Shown here in pieces: positions 25,542 to 34,243 of a stretch of DNA of 64,000 bases. How positions within the stretch are numbered: the stretch's first letter is position 1; each line of letters opens with the position of its first letter. The position numbers were made by a program, and so were the translations under genes. The notes beneath the pieces were generated by a model. That model made no database searches, was not told the origin of the DNA, and was given only the letters and a program-made list of their open reading frames with translations. Source of the DNA: a virus. The DNA lies in the IMG/VR virus record IMGVR_UViG_3300020048_000063, positions 1-64,000 of that record, one strand, 5' to 3'.

Positions 25542-26984
25542 ATGCCAGGAACAATAAAAAAAGTTACCACGCCATTTGGAGATACATATACTTTAAAAGG
25601 TAATTTATATACTTATATAGGAGAAGTTATATTAGTTCATAGTAATTCAGGTTACGTTCCAGATGGATTCAAAGTAGATATTTATAAAAATGGTAGTATT
25701 ATTGGAACTAAAAAATTTTCTAGCACATTCAACACTACAATGAATGGAGTATCTTATGATGATGGTATGACTGCATCATTATACGTCACAGAAATGAACG
25801 GAGAATCTTTTGGTTTTATTTTTGATGGTACAATATATCCAGCAGATAAGCCAACAACACAATCAACAACACCAAAATCAAACACTGTCAATAATACAGA
25901 TACTATCACAGGCACAACATTTAATAGTCCACCAACTGCGGATTTAGAAAAAAAGAAAAAAGAATTAAAAGATAATGTTGTTAAATTACAGAAAATAGGA
26001 TTACCACCAGTTGCAGAAATTGGACAACAATTATGGGAGAATATGATAAAACCAAAAATATTAACAAACAGACAAATAATGAAAAAAATGTTAATGTTAC
26101 AGGGTCAAGCATATCCAGAACCAATGACAGAAGAAGATGCTCAATTTATAGTGTATGGTAAAGTATATTACAAAGATGGTAAATTATATGATAATGAAAT
26201 AGAAGATCCAGCATGTGTATCACAACCAACGGATGATGACTATGAACCACCAATAGACGAAAATCATCCATTATGGAAAAAAGTTGTTGGAATGTTAGAT
26301 GATATAAAAGACTCATTATTACAATTAGGTATTAAATTAGGTGAATTTTTAATAGCACAACCTCAAGCAATTGCAAATATGGCAATATCTTTATCGGCAC
26401 TTGCATCATCGGTTGTAATTTTACCGTTTGGTTCTGGTTTACCAACTGCTTTAAGTGCCGTACAAACTATGATGAAAACCATCAAAGATTTACAAGCTAA
26501 AACAGCAGAAATATTACCGTTATTGGCAATTTTAGATTTTATTGCATTGGTTCTACCAAAAAACGCACAATCTATTATTGCTCAAATAAATGTAATAATT
26601 GCAATTTATCTTGGTGTATTAACGGCAATAACTGCGGTATTAGGTATATTAGAAAAAATAACAAAGGCTCTTGATAAATTTAAAAAGAAACAAGACAATA
26701 AAATAACTGCAAAATTAATAGCCAATCCAAATCCTGTAACAAAAAGATCAGATGGTACAGAACTAAAGGTAGAAGCATCTGGAGGAGATTGGCAATATAC
26801 ATTTAGATGGACAGATCAACTTGGAAATCTAATACCATTAGAGTCAGGTATAGAACCTGATGATGATAATGGAACGAGAAAAGTTACACCTCAGGTAACA
26901 ACAATTTATACTTGTAGAATAGTTGATGGAACAGGAACAGTAAAAGAAGTTTCAATACCTGTTATAATATTACCGTTTGGTTAA
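25542..26984 (+). CDS. putative structural protein with hydrophobic helices and C-terminal Ig-like segment
   Basis: 480 aa; long hydrophobic region; YTFRW...TTIYTCRIVDG. Confidence 0.55.
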   Translation: MPGTIKKVTTPFGDTYTLKGNLYTYIGEVILVHSNSGYVPDGFKVDIYKNGSIIGTKKFSSTFNTTMNGVSYDDGMTASLYVTEMNGESFGFIFDGTIYPADKPTTQSTTPKSNTVNNTDTITGTTFNSPPTADLEKKKKELKDNVVKLQKIGLPPVAEIGQQLWENMIKPKILTNRQIMKKMLMLQGQAYPEPMTEEDAQFIVYGKVYYKDGKLYDNEIEDPACVSQPTDDDYEPPIDENHPLWKKVVGMLDDIKDSLLQLGIKLGEFLIAQPQAIANMAISLSALASSVVILPFGSGLPTALSAVQTMMKTIKDLQAKTAEILPLLAILDFIALVLPKNAQSIIAQINVIIAIYLGVLTAITAVLGILEKITKALDKFKKKQDNKITAKLIANPNPVTKRSDGTELKVEASGGDWQYTFRWTDQLGNLIPLESGIEPDDDNGTRKVTPQVTTIYTCRIVDGTGTVKEVSIPVIILPFG

Positions 26985-27865
26985 TATTTTTTGAAATTTT
27001 CAAATTTCACAGTAAGTTTTTTATCTTCAACTCTTAGTGGAAATTTAATTGGTGATACTAATTTTATTAATTTAGTTTCAAAAGGATTTACTTCATTATT
27101 TGTTATTAGGTTATTTGACAATGTTAATTCATTATTTGCTAATCTATTATTTATAAATTCAACAACTTCACTTTCACTATTTCTAACAAGAAAATCAAAA
27201 TAATCTTGTAATTTATTTATATTTAATATATTTGTCTTCACATCATCGTAGAAATAAATTTTATTAAAAGATTCTTTTTTTACTGGTATAAATCTATTCC
27301 CTTCTATATTTAAACCTACTAAATGTTCTAATAACACTTTATTTTTATCATAAGTAACTTTATCATCATAGCCAATCATTCTAATAGATTCTGAAACAAA
27401 ATAAATTTTATTTATTTCTAATCCATATTCTTGTAATTTTACTCTTAATTTATTAAGTAGTGCAGCATGTTTTTTTCTATCACTTCTGGCGGTTAATACA
27501 CCAAGTTCAATATCTTTTCCTATTAAATGTTTTACATTATTAAGTAATAATTGAACATCTTTTTTATTTAGAATATCATCATCAAAAAATTCAACATAAG
27601 AAATACCTATATCTTTTAATCTTATATTTTTTCTTTTTCTTTGGATTCTTTCCATCATATCTCTTGAGATAAAAAAAGATTCATTATTATAATCAACTAA
27701 AATATCATCTTTTGTATAAATACCACTTCTAATCAATGCAAATTCTGCTGGTGATATTTTTAAAATTGCTTCATTGGGTTTATTTTTATCAATAACCCAA
27801 ATATCACTTTTGATATACCATAAAGTATTGTCCAAATCAAACATAGCCAATTCCTTATTATTCAT
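26981..27865 (-). CDS. HAD-superfamily hydrolase
   Basis: FDLDNTL motif I, LTAR motif II, FYDD...N motif IV. Confidence 0.75.
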   Translation of the reverse strand: MNNKELAMFDLDNTLWYIKSDIWVIDKNKPNEAILKISPAEFALIRSGIYTKDDILVDYNNESFFISRDMMERIQRKRKNIRLKDIGISYVEFFDDDILNKKDVQLLLNNVKHLIGKDIELGVLTARSDRKKHAALLNKLRVKLQEYGLEINKIYFVSESIRMIGYDDKVTYDKNKVLLEHLVGLNIEGNRFIPVKKESFNKIYFYDDVKTNILNINKLQDYFDFLVRNSESEVVEFINNRLANNELTLSNNLITNNEVNPFETKLIKLVSPIKFPLRVEDKKLTVKFENFKKY

Positions 27866-27896
27866 TAAAAAATATTAATTTTTTATCCATATATTT

Positions 27897-28367
27897 TTAA
27901 TCTAAAAATTTTAATAATTCTAATTGATGTCTTTCAATAATTTTTATTGCATCTTTTTTTGAGAAAAAACCAGCTTCAACTGTTTCACCTTTCAAAAAGT
28001 TACCTAATATCATATCATTAAACAATCTAACATTCATTTCGTCTTTTTCTATTCTAACGACGTAACATGTTAGTGTTTTATTGGCTCCTGCTTTAAAGTA
28101 TTCAACAACAACTTTTTTACCAGACCTTAAATGTCTTTTTTTTATTTTTATTCTAGATTCTTCTTCTAATTCACGTAAGGCAGTTTCCATTTTGGTTAAT
28201 TTGCCTTCAATATGACCCTTTGGAATGGACCATTTTCTCATTCTTCTTTTGAATTTTTTGGGACGGACTAATAATATCTTATTATTATAAATAAGAACAA
28301 CACCTGAAAGTTTATGATTAACTGTTGAGGCTTTTTCTAATACCGAATATTCGTTAAAATTCATCAT
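27897..28367 (-). CDS. NUDIX hydrolase
   Basis: WSIPKGHIE...ETALRELEEES. Confidence 0.85.
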   Translation of the reverse strand: MMNFNEYSVLEKASTVNHKLSGVVLIYNNKILLVRPKKFKRRMRKWSIPKGHIEGKLTKMETALRELEEESRIKIKKRHLRSGKKVVVEYFKAGANKTLTCYVVRIEKDEMNVRLFNDMILGNFLKGETVEAGFFSKKDAIKIIERHQLELLKFLD

Positions 28368-28383
28368 GAAAGATATATATAAA

Positions 28384-28608
28384 TTATGGGGTTTCTATTT
28401 CTGTTATTTCTGAATTATTTGCTATATGAACTGGTATATTTTTTATACCTTTAAAATCTATAAAGGCTATCTTCTCACCTTCTTTCCAATCTATTTTATC
28501 CACTATATCACCAATTTGAGGTAATTGTTCTAAAGTTATTGTAAAGGATTCATTTAAAGATTCTTGTACAGATTCTGTAAACTGAACATAATTTTTTAAT
28601 TTTTTCAT
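28384..28608 (-). CDS. small protein with MKKLKNYVQFTE leader
   Basis: N-terminal motif and LNES site. Confidence 0.6.
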   Translation of the reverse strand: MKKLKNYVQFTESVQESLNESFTITLEQLPQIGDIVDKIDWKEGEKIAFIDFKGIKNIPVHIANNSEITEIETP

Positions 28609-28645
28609 AGTTGTTTGGTTTTCTAATATATATTATATTTTAAAA

Positions 28646-28677
28646 TCAAAAAAGTCTACTTTCGTAGACTTTTTTGA
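28646..28677. terminator. intrinsic terminator
   Basis: AAAAAAGTCTAC-TTTC-GTAGACTTTTTT. Confidence 0.75.
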
Positions 28678-28682
28678 TTTTA

Positions 28683-28931
28683 TTAAGGTTTATACTTTCC
28701 TAATTTATTCATCATAGAATTCATATCTGGCATACTCTTTGAATAATCTGGTGTACTAGGTTGATTTTTCTGTGATTCTTTATGCTGTTTATTTTCTCTT
28801 TCTATTCTATCATTTAGCCTTTTAACATATTCCTCATATTCCCACCAAGATAAAATATTTATATAATGTGGTGGTATATGGTCTATATCCATAAAACCAA
28901 ATTTATTATCCAAAATATTCATCAAGGGCAT
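28683..28931 (-). CDS. putative baseplate assembly protein (gp51-like position)
   Basis: WWEYEEYV..L...IE.EN pattern; follows gp26-like gene. Start uncertain. Confidence 0.45.
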   Translation of the reverse strand: MPLMNILDNKFGFMDIDHIPPHYINILSWWEYEEYVKRLNDRIERENKQHKESQKNQPSTPDYSKSMPDMNSMMNKLGKYKP

Positions 28932-29862
28932 CTGGAATAACGAAAATAGTTGAGGCTCCTGCGGGAAAGCTCATGTCCGTGTGGACCTCCAAACCACACG
29001 ACGGACAATTATTTTTCATTTCTTTAATACCAAATAACATTTGACCTACCGCTTGATTCAAAATTTGAAATGTTTTCATTGGTAAATTTTTAAACTCTTG
29101 TTCTTTTGCTTTAATACCATCTTCTGATATTTTTGCTCTATCATGTAACATAAAAGAAGCCAATTTTAAAAATGCTACGTTTGGATTCTTATCAACTTGA
29201 ACTTTACTTTTTATATCACCAAATAAAATTTCTTGAATTCCAATTGTAGGTGGTGCTAATTTATAATCAACATCTTCAATTCTAAACACAAAAACTCTTT
29301 CTTGTGGGTCAAAAAATTTAGCTAATTTTTCTGGCATTTCATAATTTACAAAACTTTTTTGAACTTTATCAGAACTTGTTGCCCTTAATTCCATCTTAAA
29401 TTCATGATGACAATTATCACAAACTACATCTTTTGATAAGTTTTTACCACCTGGAAAAGTCAACTCTCTAATCATAAATATTAAAAATAAACGATCACCA
29501 TCACGCAAATCTTTATAAGAACCTTGCATTCCGTTTTGATATGTATATCTTAAACAAGAACTTAAAATTTGATTCATTTTTTCTGTTATATCCAAATAAT
29601 TATTATCATCTACAATAGAATAAGCTTGAACCTCTTGAACTCTTGCTGCTCTAATACTAATTTTTGTGCCTGGTTTATAAAATATACCACAAGGTAAAAC
29701 ATCCAATGGTATCAATAAATATTCATTGGAAGGTACATTATCCATATAAGAAGTTGAATCTTTTTTAATCACATCTAAATCATCACTTTCAGAAGTGACA
29801 AAATTTTGCTGAAGATAATTTAGTGATTCTTGTTCTTTCTTATTTTTGAAATCTTCACTCAT
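28906..29862 (-). CDS. baseplate hub assembly protein (T4 gp26-like)
   Basis: LPCG.FY, DRLFLIFMIRELT, two CxxC pairs; downstream of tube/sheath. Confidence 0.6.
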   Translation of the reverse strand: MSEDFKNKKEQESLNYLQQNFVTSESDDLDVIKKDSTSYMDNVPSNEYLLIPLDVLPCGIFYKPGTKISIRAARVQEVQAYSIVDDNNYLDITEKMNQILSSCLRYTYQNGMQGSYKDLRDGDRLFLIFMIRELTFPGGKNLSKDVVCDNCHHEFKMELRATSSDKVQKSFVNYEMPEKLAKFFDPQERVFVFRIEDVDYKLAPPTIGIQEILFGDIKSKVQVDKNPNVAFLKLASFMLHDRAKISEDGIKAKEQEFKNLPMKTFQILNQAVGQMLFGIKEMKNNCPSCGLEVHTDMSFPAGASTIFVIPDALDEYFG

Positions 29863-29940
29863 ATTTTCTATTTTTTTATTTTATATATTAAATACTTTTC
29901 GTCCCATGAAAAATAGATTATAAATTTAATATATAGATAT

Positions 29941-30228
29941 ATGAAATATATAGAAATGTTTATTAGCAAAATTAAAAAACTATTCATTAAAGAAAAACAT
30001 GTAGAATGTAAAACAGATGAATACTGTCCAATATACTTATCCTATGTGAGTAAGTATGGTGAAAAATCACCAGAAGTTAAATTATGTAAAAATCCAAATA
30101 AACAATATTGTACAAAATATAGGTTAGTGGACAAAACAAAATGGAAAACAATTTCAAAAGAAGAAAAACTTGATATTATTAAAGAAATGCACTTAATTGA
30201 TTTTGTTGAAAATAAAAAACCTTATTAA
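29941..30228 (+). CDS. small Cys-containing protein
   Basis: 95 aa; TAATATATA upstream. Confidence 0.6.
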   Translation: MKYIEMFISKIKKLFIKEKHVECKTDEYCPIYLSYVSKYGEKSPEVKLCKNPNKQYCTKYRLVDKTKWKTISKEEKLDIIKEMHLIDFVENKKPY

Positions 30229-30232
30229 GTCT

Positions 30233-31411
30233 TTAAACCTTATCAATTGAAAATAAACCTAATTTTGACATACCAAGTTCTAAATCTGATATCAATTTAG
30301 AAAATTTTTCTATGTTCTCAGGATTATCTTTAATATAATGAGTTTCATATAACTTATTAATCATCTTACAATGATTAACCAAAGCCTCAAATAAAATATT
30401 TGGTGATAGATTATTCTTAGTTTTTAATTCTGCAAATTGTAATTCCTTTGAATAATATTCACTATTATTCTGAGTTGTAACTCCACAACTTTTAATATGA
30501 GCCATTGTATAACTCAAATATAATCCTAATGATAATTTAGGATTCTTAATTAACTTTGTATCAATAGATTTACTACTTGAAGTAGATGATTTCAATATTT
30601 GACCAGCAATAATATTATACACAAGTTTAATATCATTATTAAATTGAGGTAATAAATCATTAATAAAATCAGATAAGAAAATTATATTTCCTTCTGAACT
30701 TGACATTTTTTTACCATCAAGTAAAACTAATCCCAAACCAATATGATTTGTCTTTTCTTGTAATTTATTGAGAGAATTAAAATGATTTTCTTGTTCTAAT
30801 CCAGTTAAATAAAGTGTTGAAGAATCTAAATGCTGTGCCAATGCAACATCTTGATAAAAATAACTTGTTGAACCTGAACTCTTTATACCAACAATCTTCT
30901 CTCCGTCAATATCAAATATTTTTGAACCAATATAATCGCCTTCACCATCTTTTAATATGGATTCATCTTCTAATTTCATTTTAGATGCATAAAAAATTTC
31001 ATCTACATTATACCCAAAATCTTCACAAATTTTGTAATATGTTTCAAGTGCATCTTCTTTTTGTACTTGTCCATCTAAGGTATCACCAAGTATTGCAATA
31101 AATTTTTTTCCAATTCCTAATTTTTGAAAGGCATTTGCTATCACAAGATTAGACAAATGACCAACATGTAAATGTTTATTTAAGTTAGGACTAAATCCAT
31201 CAACATAATCATAAAATTTAGGCTCATTAAATGCTTCTGAAATATTAAAATTATCATTTAAAATTATATTAGTATAGGGTCCTGATTTTTGAGTAGAAAG
31301 ATTCCAGTACTGACACCATTGCATAACTTCATCACTCGGTGTACCAAAAACACAGAAATTAAATCCAAATTGAACTGGTGCTAACTTTATTTTATTTATA
31401 TCTATCTTCAT
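30233..31411 (-). CDS. argS: compact arginyl-tRNA synthetase-like protein
   Basis: SPNLNKHLHVGHL (HIGH), EQENHF, KMSSSEGN (KMSKS), YLSYTMAHIKS and LYE (DALR-like); 392 aa. Confidence 0.8.
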   Translation of the reverse strand: MKIDINKIKLAPVQFGFNFCVFGTPSDEVMQWCQYWNLSTQKSGPYTNIILNDNFNISEAFNEPKFYDYVDGFSPNLNKHLHVGHLSNLVIANAFQKLGIGKKFIAILGDTLDGQVQKEDALETYYKICEDFGYNVDEIFYASKMKLEDESILKDGEGDYIGSKIFDIDGEKIVGIKSSGSTSYFYQDVALAQHLDSSTLYLTGLEQENHFNSLNKLQEKTNHIGLGLVLLDGKKMSSSEGNIIFLSDFINDLLPQFNNDIKLVYNIIAGQILKSSTSSSKSIDTKLIKNPKLSLGLYLSYTMAHIKSCGVTTQNNSEYYSKELQFAELKTKNNLSPNILFEALVNHCKMINKLYETHYIKDNPENIEKFSKLISDLELGMSKLGLFSIDKV

Positions 31412-31461
31412 TCTGCAAATATACGGATTAATTTTTAATTAATAAAATTTATATATAATTT

Positions 31462-31725
31462 ATGATTAAAACTTATGAGAATTTTAATGAAATAAATTAT
31501 AAAATAGGTGATTATGTTTTAATAAATAAAAATTATTTCAAAGATTTATTACCATATGGTAAAATAAAGGAAGAAGATAAAGATTATGCAGCAGTTCCTT
31601 ATTTAGTAGGACTTATTGATAGTACCGATTTTTGGATCAGGAAAGATATGATTATCAGAAAATTAAATCAAAAAGAAATTGATTTATTTGAATTACAAAT
31701 TACATCAAATAAATATAATTTATAA
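31462..31725 (+). CDS. small protein, KTYE...KYNL family
   Basis: MIKTYENFNE...TSNKYNL. Confidence 0.7.
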   Translation: MIKTYENFNEINYKIGDYVLINKNYFKDLLPYGKIKEEDKDYAAVPYLVGLIDSTDFWIRKDMIIRKLNQKEIDLFELQITSNKYNL

Positions 31726-32046
31726 TTTTTTAATCTTCGTCATTTCTTCCTTGTAATCACGACCAGGAAACATTTTTTCAAATTGTCTTTTACTTATCAT
31801 TTGCATAAAATCCTCCCATGGAATAAAACCAATTCCTGACCTTACAAACATCATTTTATAATTATCTATGATAGGCTTAATCTTTAATATGTTAATAAAT
31901 CTTTCTCTTGATGACCAACCATAAAGAGAGTCAAAACTACTCCATCTTTGATTATTTACACCAAATCTTTTGGTCTTAAACAACAAATGAATGACCAACT
32001 TCCATTCACCTCTTAAATATTTATATAAGAAAATTGATCTTCTCAC
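31720..32046 (-). CDS. hypothetical protein
   Basis: 108 aa ORF. Confidence 0.55.
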   Translation of the reverse strand: MRRSIFLYKYLRGEWKLVIHLLFKTKRFGVNNQRWSSFDSLYGWSSRERFINILKIKPIIDNYKMMFVRSGIGFIPWEDFMQMISKRQFEKMFPGRDYKEEMTKIKKL

Positions 32047-32588
32047 ATATTTTTATAAATTTTTGAAAGTTTTTCTAACTTTGGTTTTCTATTTTTCTTA
32101 CTTATCAAACATCTATATTTAGCAGATATATAATCATTAGGAACATTTAGTAATCTTAGTCTTAGAAACATTATATCTCTTGTTAAGTAATCACAATGAA
32201 ATCCTATTTGATATAGTAAGTATAAACAATTATCTTCTATACTTAATAATTCTTTTAAATTTTCAGGATTATTCCAATTCAAAGCAGAAACTTCAATATC
32301 ATTAACAGAAAAATATCTATTATTTATATCAATTCTTGGACGATCAATAAAATCAACATAAGAGAATTTAAATTCATCTAAATTATTTATTATAGTAGAA
32401 TTAAATTGTTCAATTCCCATTTCATAATATTCATATTTTGGTGTAGGTTGATTTTTTGGTAGTATCATACCCATTCCATTTCCTGACGATATATACATAT
32501 TAAGTGAGGTGAAAAGTTCTCTGTTTTCAATAATAAATTCCATTAAATTCATATTCATATATAGTAAAAAAATAAAAAAAAGATACAA
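32043..32588 (-). CDS. hypothetical protein, RKxKL family (true start probably near 32558)
   Basis: Ends NRKPKLEKL; first residues overlap a terminator. Confidence 0.6.
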   Translation of the reverse strand: MYLFFIFLLYMNMNLMEFIIENRELFTSLNMYISSGNGMGMILPKNQPTPKYEYYEMGIEQFNSTIINNLDEFKFSYVDFIDRPRIDINNRYFSVNDIEVSALNWNNPENLKELLSIEDNCLYLLYQIGFHCDYLTRDIMFLRLRLLNVPNDYISAKYRCLISKKNRKPKLEKLSKIYKNM

Positions 32589-32623
32589 GAAATTGTATCT
32601 TTTTTAAAGTGTTGAAAATGAAT

Positions 32624-33355
32624 TTAAAAAAATTTAGGTCTATTTAAATTTCCTTCATATATCACACCATCAATCTCTCTTGTTGTTGCCCATAGAGGTC
32701 TTAAATTATCTAAAGCACATACAATTTTTACATCTTCAGTTGATGCAAAAGAAATCACAGGTGTAATATGATCTATGTGCCAAATTCCATGATTATCCCA
32801 ACTCATTCCAGATAAAAATTGTTTTTCTATATGCTCTTTTAATTCTATTGCTGAATAACCCAACATATCTATTGTATGTCCTTGTTTTTTTGTTCCTAAT
32901 CTCTTTAGAGTTGAATAAAGAACAGAACGCCATGCAACAATATGAGGATTGTTTTCTCTATATCTTTCTTGAATAATAGCATTATTTTCTAAATTATTTC
33001 TTGAGTATTGTCTTGCTTCTTCTCTATGTTCTTTTCTATAATCTTCAAGATACTCTTTAATTCTTTGAGAATTATTTGTATCATTTCTATATTGTTCCTT
33101 TTGAACTAAAATTTTATCTCTATTCTCTTTATGATATTCTTTTTTCCTTTCAAGAACCTGATCACGATTTTCGTCATATCTATTTTTATCGTAATCCTGT
33201 CGTTTTTCTTTAAAACCTGGTGCTTCTTTATATTTTTTCTGAATATCCTTTATACATTCTTTACATTCATTTCTATGACCATCAGATGTTCCTTTTTTTA
33301 AATGAAACTCATTTATGTATTTAATTTTTCCACAAACCCTACATGTTTTTTCCAT
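32624..33355 (-). CDS. HNH-type homing endonuclease-like protein
   Basis: N-terminal CxxC...CKEC, charged helical repeats, WHIDHITPV...NLRPLWA...NL. Confidence 0.75.
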   Translation of the reverse strand: MEKTCRVCGKIKYINEFHLKKGTSDGHRNECKECIKDIQKKYKEAPGFKEKRQDYDKNRYDENRDQVLERKKEYHKENRDKILVQKEQYRNDTNNSQRIKEYLEDYRKEHREEARQYSRNNLENNAIIQERYRENNPHIVAWRSVLYSTLKRLGTKKQGHTIDMLGYSAIELKEHIEKQFLSGMSWDNHGIWHIDHITPVISFASTEDVKIVCALDNLRPLWATTREIDGVIYEGNLNRPKFF

Positions 33356-33471
33356 AATTTCTTTTTTATTCTATATATAAAATATATTGTGTCCCAATAA
33401 TCAAAAAAACAAAAAAAGATGTAAAAAATACATCTTTTTTTTTGTAAAGTGTTGATAAACAACATCATGGC

Positions 33472-34035
33472 CTAATAGTAAAAATCTTCCCAGTAATCTG
33501 ATAAGAATGTACAAGACATATCCATAATATCTGTAGTTGATTCCCAACTTAGTTCTTCAACTCCTGTAAATACTTTTAACATTGCGTTATGGTAAGTAAC
33601 TCTACGAATAACTTTTCCTTCTTTATCATGTTGATGGATAATAACATCACCTACTAAATTTTTCTTATAGTGAAGTGTACCAGTTTCGTTATTCCAACCT
33701 AAATCGTACCAATCTTTTAACATTTTGAAACAAAACATTTGATAATCATCGTTTTGGTTAAGGTTAAATGAGATTGCCAAATCATCAACGTGAGTTTTAT
33801 CTGGCATCATAAGGAATACTCTAGTTGAGTATTTGAACTTTTGAGTTTGTGATTGTAAGTCAGGATAAGTTGGAAACTTAGCTGTTTTTGTGTTTTCCAA
33901 AAGAAGATGTGTAGCGTTTGGATGAATAGATTGAAGTACGGTTGGTAATATAATCGTAACTTCATATAGATTTTTGTGTATCGGTTCCCATTTTTCTTTA
34001 TGAGAATCTACTTGTGTGAAGTGTGCTAAACCCAT
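33472..34035 (-). CDS. tail tube protein (T4 gp19-like)
   Basis: EPIHKNLYEV, LKDWYDL, DYWED; 187 aa directly after sheath. Confidence 0.8.
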   Translation of the reverse strand: MGLAHFTQVDSHKEKWEPIHKNLYEVTIILPTVLQSIHPNATHLLLENTKTAKFPTYPDLQSQTQKFKYSTRVFLMMPDKTHVDDLAISFNLNQNDDYQMFCFKMLKDWYDLGWNNETGTLHYKKNLVGDVIIHQHDKEGKVIRRVTYHNAMLKVFTGVEELSWESTTDIMDMSCTFLSDYWEDFYY

Positions 34036-34197
34036 TTATTTATGATTATTTTTTATTATATATTAAAAATCTTTCTGTTCCTTGAAAAAAAATATTTTTT
34101 GAAAAATTTTCCTAATATAGACGTTGATAATCAAGGATTTCAAAAAAAAGTTCAAAAAACGGAAAAAAATTATTTATATATACAAACCTTTAAAAAG

Positions 34198-34227
34198 AAA
34201 AAAGAGAGAAATTTTCTCTCTTTTTTC
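34198..34227. terminator. intrinsic terminator after sheath gene
   Basis: AAAAAAGAGAGAA-ATT-TTCTCTCTTTTTT. Confidence 0.7.
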
Positions 34228-34243
34228 ATTCAAAATTAATTGT

